From an uncultured delta proteobacterium (GTDB lineage: Bacteria > Myxococcota_A > Polyangia > Palsa-1104): 64,000 nucleotides of DNA. The stretch spans positions 64,001 through 128,000 of the forward strand of contig CAWAWS010000024.1 in NCBI GenBank assembly GCA_963785725.1, in the 5' to 3' direction. The translations under genes were made by a program, and so were the position numbers. The notes under the pieces are model-generated. The model searched no databases. It saw only the letters and a program-made list of their open reading frames with translations, and was not told the origin of the DNA. Positions 58,673 to 64,000 of the stretch are shown piece after piece (the first letter of the stretch is position 1; each line of letters starts with the position of its first letter).

Positions 58673-59104
58673 ATGCGTCGGCTGGCAGCGGGAATGATCG
58701 TGACGCTGGCGCTCGTTGTCACGGGATGCGCGACGACCAAGCCGGCGCCGGCGACCTCGACGATTCGCGAGCTGCCGAGCGGCGAAAGAGGGCCGCGCGA
58801 AGGCGTGATCGCCGTCTTCGAGGGCAAAGCCTCGTGGTATGGCAAAGAGCAGAACGGCCACGCGACGGCGTCGGGCGAGCGCTTCAACATGAACGCGCTG
58901 ACGGCCGCGCACCGCACGCTGCACATGAACTCGCGCGTGCGGGTGACGAACTTGCGCAACGGGCGCAGCGTGGTCGTGCGCATCAACGATCGCGGGCCCT
59001 ATTCGCACGGACGCATCATCGACGTGAGCTTCGCCGCAGCCAAGCAGCTGCAAATGATCGAAGCTGGCATCGTTCCCGTGCGGCTCGAGGTGCTCGCGCC
59101 GTGA
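58673..59104 (+). CDS. rlpA: RlpA-family lytic transglycosylase lipoprotein
   Basis: Lipobox VTGC, GKASWYG, TAAHRTL, RINDRGP, RIIDVS. Confidence 0.95.
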   Translation: MRRLAAGMIVTLALVVTGCATTKPAPATSTIRELPSGERGPREGVIAVFEGKASWYGKEQNGHATASGERFNMNALTAAHRTLHMNSRVRVTNLRNGRSVVVRINDRGPYSHGRIIDVSFAAAKQLQMIEAGIVPVRLEVLAP

Positions 59105-59149
59105 ATAGTGTGCCATTGTGCGCCGATTGCCGAAGCGAGTGAACCCGAC

Positions 59150-60087
<938 letters not shown>

Positions 60088-60091
<4 letters not shown>

Positions 60092-61005
60092 GCGCGCCGG
60101 AAAAAGCAGCCGCGGCGAAGGCGATCGACAAAACGGCGGCGAAAGAGGGCGTCATCCTCGATCGCGGCTATCAGCCGTATCGCGGGCGCTATTTGCCGCA
60201 GTCGGGGCATTGGGCGGTGATCGCGCGGCAGATGCTGAAGACGACGGCGCGGCAGCCGTGGGTCATCGTCATGCTGGTGCTGGCGGCGCTGCCGACGGTG
60301 GTGTGCGGCGTCGTGCTCTATATCGCGACGAAAATGGCGGGCGTCGAGGGCGCCAAGGACGTCATGCAGCCCGATCGCATCGTCATGATGCCGTGGGGAA
60401 CGACGACGCTGGCGTTCTTCCTGGCGCTGTTCGCGGGCAGCGGGCAAGTGGCCGATGACGCGCGCGCCGGCGCCTTTCAGTTCTATTTTTCGCGGCCGGT
60501 GTCGCGCGATCAGTATCTCCTCGGCAAGCTGGTGCCGGTCATCGGCTTGACGGCGGTGGCGTCGCTCATGCCGTCGCTGTTGTTGGCGCTGCTGCGGCTG
60601 GCGCTGTTGCCGACGGGCGCCGAGGTCGTGCACCACCTGCCGATCGTCGGCGCGACGCTGCTCGTCGGGCTCATCGAGGCGCTGGCGCTGGCGGTGCCGG
60701 CGGTGGCGGCGTCGTCGCTGTCGAAGCGGCGCGGCTACGTGCAAGGCCTGTTCGCGACGCTGTATCTGCTGCCGTGGCTGGTCGGACGCATCTTCGTCGG
60801 CGTGACGCGCTCGGCGTGGCCGACGCTGCCGAGCGTGCCGGCGCACCTCGAGAACATCGCCCACGCGCTCTATCGGATTCCCTGGGCCAGCGACGAGCCG
60901 GCGCTGCCGGTGTGGGTCTCGCTGGCGTTCTTGGGCGCGCTCATCGGCGGCTCGTTCTGGCTTTTGCGCCGGCGGTTGGCGTCGGTGGAAGTGGTGGCCT
61001 CGTGA
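60088..61005 (+). CDS. ABC-2-type permease
   Basis: About 6 TM segments, YFSRPVSRDQYLLGK. Confidence 0.88.
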
Positions 61006-61097
61006 GTGAGCGTGAGCGAGCGAACGTGAGCGTCCGGCCCGTCGGGCCAGCGGATCGACCGGTTCGTTCACGGCGCACCGGCGAGGTGCAGCCGTGA
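61002..61097 (+). repeat. Second copy of the dispersed hairpin repeat, forming a 31-aa mini-ORF
   Basis: GTGAGCGTCCGGCCCGTCGGGCCAGCGG is identical to 44-71. Frame MSERERANVSVRPVGPADRPVRSRRTGEVQP* has GTGA overlaps at both ends. Confidence 0.8.
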
Positions 61098-62026
61098 GCG
61101 AGCGGATCGCGATCGAGTGCGAGCACGCCGCGAAGTGGTACGGCCAGATCATCGCCGTCAACGACGTCAGCTTGCGCGTCGGACCGGGCGTCACCGGCTT
61201 ATTGGGACCGAACGGCGCCGGCAAATCGACGCTGCTCAAGATGATGGTCGGGCAGCTGCGGCCGTCCAAAGGCAGCGTCAAAGTGCTGGGCCAGCCGATC
61301 TGGGGCAATCCGGCGCTGCTACGCCAGATCGGCTACTGCCCCGAGCATGAAGGCACCTACGAAGACTTGACGGCGCTCGAGATGGTGACGGCGCTGACCG
61401 AGCTGCACGGCTTTACGCACGCCGACGCCAAAGCGCGCGCCGAGAAGCTCTTGCGTACGGTCGATCTCGGCGACGCCATGCACCGGCGGCTCGGCGAGTT
61501 CTCCAAAGGCATGCGGCAGCGCGCCAAGCTGGCGCAGGCGTTGGCGCACGATCCCGAGGTCATCTTCCTCGACGAGCCGCTGACGGGCTGCGATCCGCTG
61601 GCGCGCGTGCGGATCCTGGCGGTCATCTCGGAGCTGGCGGCGCAAGGTCGCTGCGTCATCGTGTCCTCGCACGTGCTGCACGAGATCGAGACGATGACGT
61701 CGCAGATCTTGCTCATCCACAAAGGGCAGCTGCGCGCCGAAGGTGACGTGCATCAGATTCGCGCGCTCATCGACGCCCATCCGCATCAGGTGCGCGTCGA
61801 GTGCGATCGGCCGCGCGCGCTCGGTCGCGTGCTCATCGAGGCGCCGCACGTCGTCTCCGTCAGCGTCGAGGGCGACGCGCTGGTCGTCGACACGCGCAAG
61901 CCGGACGAGCTCTATCCGGCGATTCCAGCGGCGGCGAAGGAGGCCGGCGTTTATATCCGCGCGCTCACGTCGCCCGACGACAACATGGCCGCGGTGTTCA
62001 AGTACCTGACGGAGACGGCGTCGTGA
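61094..62026 (+). CDS. ABC transporter ATP-binding protein
   Basis: GPNGAGKST, FSKGMRQR, FLDEPL. Confidence 0.95.
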   Translation: MSERIAIECEHAAKWYGQIIAVNDVSLRVGPGVTGLLGPNGAGKSTLLKMMVGQLRPSKGSVKVLGQPIWGNPALLRQIGYCPEHEGTYEDLTALEMVTALTELHGFTHADAKARAEKLLRTVDLGDAMHRRLGEFSKGMRQRAKLAQALAHDPEVIFLDEPLTGCDPLARVRILAVISELAAQGRCVIVSSHVLHEIETMTSQILLIHKGQLRAEGDVHQIRALIDAHPHQVRVECDRPRALGRVLIEAPHVVSVSVEGDALVVDTRKPDELYPAIPAAAKEAGVYIRALTSPDDNMAAVFKYLTETAS

Positions 62027-62781
62027 TCACGATGGCAACGGGGACGCGCATCCACGCGCGGCTGAGCTGGACGCGTCTCAAGCGCGGGCGCATCGCGTGG
62101 GCGGCGGCGGCCATGTTCGCGCTGCCGCTGGCCTACGTCGTCGGGCTCGTCATCGCCGGCCATTGGGGTCGCGGCGTCTTCGACGAGGTAAACGAGCTCT
62201 ACTTCCGCTTCTTGGTGCCGTTCGTGCCGACGCTGCTGTTGTCGGCGGCGGTGGCCGAGGAGGTCGAGAACAAGACGTTCACGTTCGTCTTCGCGCGTCC
62301 GGCGCCGCGCGGCGCGCTGGTGCTCGGCAAGTGGCTGGCGGCGACGCTGCCGGCGATGGCCGTCGTCGCGCCGTCGCTGCTCGTCAGCTGGGCGGTCTCG
62401 AACGCGCGCTTTCCCGACGACTTCGCCAACGAGTGGCCGCATCTGTTGCGCGTCGAAGCGGCGGCGCTCATCGGGCTCGGCTTCTATGGCGCGCTGGCGG
62501 TGACCATTGGCTCGATCTTCTCGCGCCATCCGCTCATCGCCGTGCTCGGCTACTTGCTGGTCATCGAGGAGGCGCTGGGCTCGGCGCCGATCGTGCTCGA
62601 CCTCATGGCGGGCAGCTGGCACTTGCGCAACCTGGCGCAGCTGCCGTTGCCGGCGACGCAGTTCATGATGGTCGGCGTGCCCGCGTGGCTGTCGGCGCTC
62701 CTGCTGCTCGCGCTGACGCCGATCCTGCTCGTCCTGTGCATCTGGGGCGTGACGGGCGCCGAATATCGTACCGATCGGTGA
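62023..62781 (+). CDS. ABC-2-type permease
   Basis: EEVENKTFTFVFARP..LGK, about 6 TM segments, GTGA overlap. Confidence 0.88.
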   Translation: MITMATGTRIHARLSWTRLKRGRIAWAAAAMFALPLAYVVGLVIAGHWGRGVFDEVNELYFRFLVPFVPTLLLSAAVAEEVENKTFTFVFARPAPRGALVLGKWLAATLPAMAVVAPSLLVSWAVSNARFPDDFANEWPHLLRVEAAALIGLGFYGALAVTIGSIFSRHPLIAVLGYLLVIEEALGSAPIVLDLMAGSWHLRNLAQLPLPATQFMMVGVPAWLSALLLLALTPILLVLCIWGVTGAEYRTDR

Positions 62782-62899
62782 CGCCGCTGACTCCGCCTTC
62801 AGCCGCCGTACCTCCATCAATGTAGAAATCGATTTCCAGCGTCATCACGCGACGACGCGGATCACGTGGCGCTTCGGCGACTCATGGCACCATGCGCCG

Positions 62900-63388
62900 A
62901 TGATCAGACCCGCAATCGTCCTCGCCCTTTTATCGTTCGCTTCGATCGCGCAGGCGCAGCAAGCGCAGGCGGCCCTGCAGGCGCAACAGGCGCAACAGAC
63001 GCAGCAAGCGGCGGCCATGCAGCAGGCCGAGCACGCGCATCGCCTCGCCGAGCAAGAGCAGCTGCCGCTGCGCCTGGCGATCGACCCGACGCGCCTCGTC
63101 ACCGTCGGGCTGTGGCCGGGGCCGGATGTGCCGTGCAAGCTGCCCAAGCGCGACAAGCCGTACGTCTGCCATCGCCTACTCGTCGGCCCGGCGGTGATCT
63201 ACTCGCAGCTCTACAGTGAGCTGATCGTCGCGCGCGGCGACGCGGCGTTGGCCAGAGGCGAGCGCTCGTGGTGGGTGCGCGGCGCGCCGCCGGTCCCGCT
63301 CGGTCTCGCCGCCGGCGAAGTGCTCTACCAAGTCGGCGACGACGGCCGTCCCGGCGAAGGCGACCTGATCGCCACCGTTTACCGCTAG
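62900..63388 (+). CDS. Secreted hypothetical protein with Gln/Ala-rich N-terminus
   Basis: Signal peptide followed by QQAQ repeats. Confidence 0.6.
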   Translation: MIRPAIVLALLSFASIAQAQQAQAALQAQQAQQTQQAAAMQQAEHAHRLAEQEQLPLRLAIDPTRLVTVGLWPGPDVPCKLPKRDKPYVCHRLLVGPAVIYSQLYSELIVARGDAALARGERSWWVRGAPPVPLGLAAGEVLYQVGDDGRPGEGDLIATVYR

Positions 63389-63395
63389 ATCGTCG

Positions 63396-63836
63396 CTACT
63401 TCACGAAGGCGTGCCAGAAGCGCGTCATCCACGACACCCAAATGATCGGCTCCGGCGCGTCGAACGGGATGCGCTCGTGAAACGCCGCCAACGGCGCCAG
63501 CTGCGCGCGGCTGGCGAAGAGGCCGAGGCACGTCGGGCAGCGCTCGACGACGGGCCCGCTGTCGAGATAGGGCCGCAAGACCAGCTCCGAGCCGTCGCGC
63601 GGGCAGCTGCCGCCGGCGCGCCCTTCGGGGCCGTTGCCCGGCGCGGGCTCGACGCGGCGAGCCACCCGCGTCGGCTCCTCGCCGAACCAGTCGAGCCAAA
63701 CGCCACGACAGGCGCCGCAGGCGAACACGACGCTCTCGCCGCCGGATGGGCCGTCGTCCTCGTCGCGGGCGCGCCACTCGGCCAACGGGCCGGTGCAGGC
63801 GGGGCAGGACAAGAACGCGCCGCGCGAGTCACTCAC
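63396..63836 (-). CDS. zf-TFIIB-like double zinc-ribbon protein
   Basis: CPAC..CGACRGVWLD and CPRD..CPTCLGLF. Confidence 0.8.
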   Translation of the reverse strand: MSDSRGAFLSCPACTGPLAEWRARDEDDGPSGGESVVFACGACRGVWLDWFGEEPTRVARRVEPAPGNGPEGRAGGSCPRDGSELVLRPYLDSGPVVERCPTCLGLFASRAQLAPLAAFHERIPFDAPEPIIWVSWMTRFWHAFVK

Positions 63837-63911
63837 GCGACCAGTGTACCGCCTCTCGCATCGGCGTGCCCGCGGTGACGACCGTGACGTCGACGGCCGC
63901 CGTCAGAGCGG

Positions 63912-63928
63912 CTGGTACGGCTCCTGCT
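63912..63928 (+). promoter_or_regulatory. Putative sigma54 (-24/-12) promoter
   Basis: CTGGTACGGCTCCTGCT has GG-N10-GC spacing, close to the TGGCAC-N5-TTGC consensus. Confidence 0.6.
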
Positions 63929-63956
63929 TTAGTAGCCGGACAGGAGGACAAAACCG

Positions 63957-64000
63957 ATGCTCTGGACGCTTGCCGTGATCCTCGTCGTGCTGTGGGCCCT
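63957..64000 (+). CDS. lmo0937-family small membrane protein (partial, runs off the window)
   Basis: SD AGGAGG then MLWTLAVILVVLWA. Confidence 0.7.
   Translation, partial: MLWTLAVILVVLWA

Overview
High-GC (roughly 68-70% by eye) bacterial chromosomal window, most consistent with Myxococcota (PEGA/TPR proteins, Ser/Thr kinases, FHA-cyclase, bactofilin, split atp operon, CglC-like lipoprotein). About 1-43 kb is a dense signalling and envelope region. It holds two histidine kinases, two single-domain receivers, an FHA-GAF-class III cyclase and a Cache-HAMP-PP2C (SpoIIE-family) phosphatase. It also holds three genes carrying four copies of an unusual STAS-like + zinc-ribbon domain, two paralogous pseudo-receiver/HATPase (anti-sigma-kinase-like) proteins, two Ser/Thr kinases, a ~2070-aa TPR protein and an outer-membrane set (FadL-like, lipoproteins, OmpA/TSP3, TonB-dependent receptor). 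The STAS/HATPase/PP2C genes look like a complete, apparently uncharacterised partner-switching-type system with no sigma factor in the window. About 43.4-57 kb is mostly housekeeping: bactofilin, atpF'FHAGDC with a short epsilon, prs, yraN-rplS-RNA methyltransferase-trmD-rimM-khpA-rpsP. After it come a nucleotidase-like/multiheme cytochrome fusion, rlpA and an ABC exporter. Non-coding highlights: (i) a dispersed hairpin repeat that forms translationally coupled mini-ORFs between genes (20-175 and 61002-61097); (ii) two inverted copies of a ~90-bp promoter-plus-hairpin element with a compensatory base pair, a candidate sRNA pair; (iii) a 122-bp MITE-like element. About 20 frameshifts, nearly all +1 and including ones in atpA/G/D, are best explained as sequencing or assembly errors. 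No rRNA, tRNA, CRISPR array, transposase or phage gene was recognised. All family assignments come from motif recognition by eye, not database searches.
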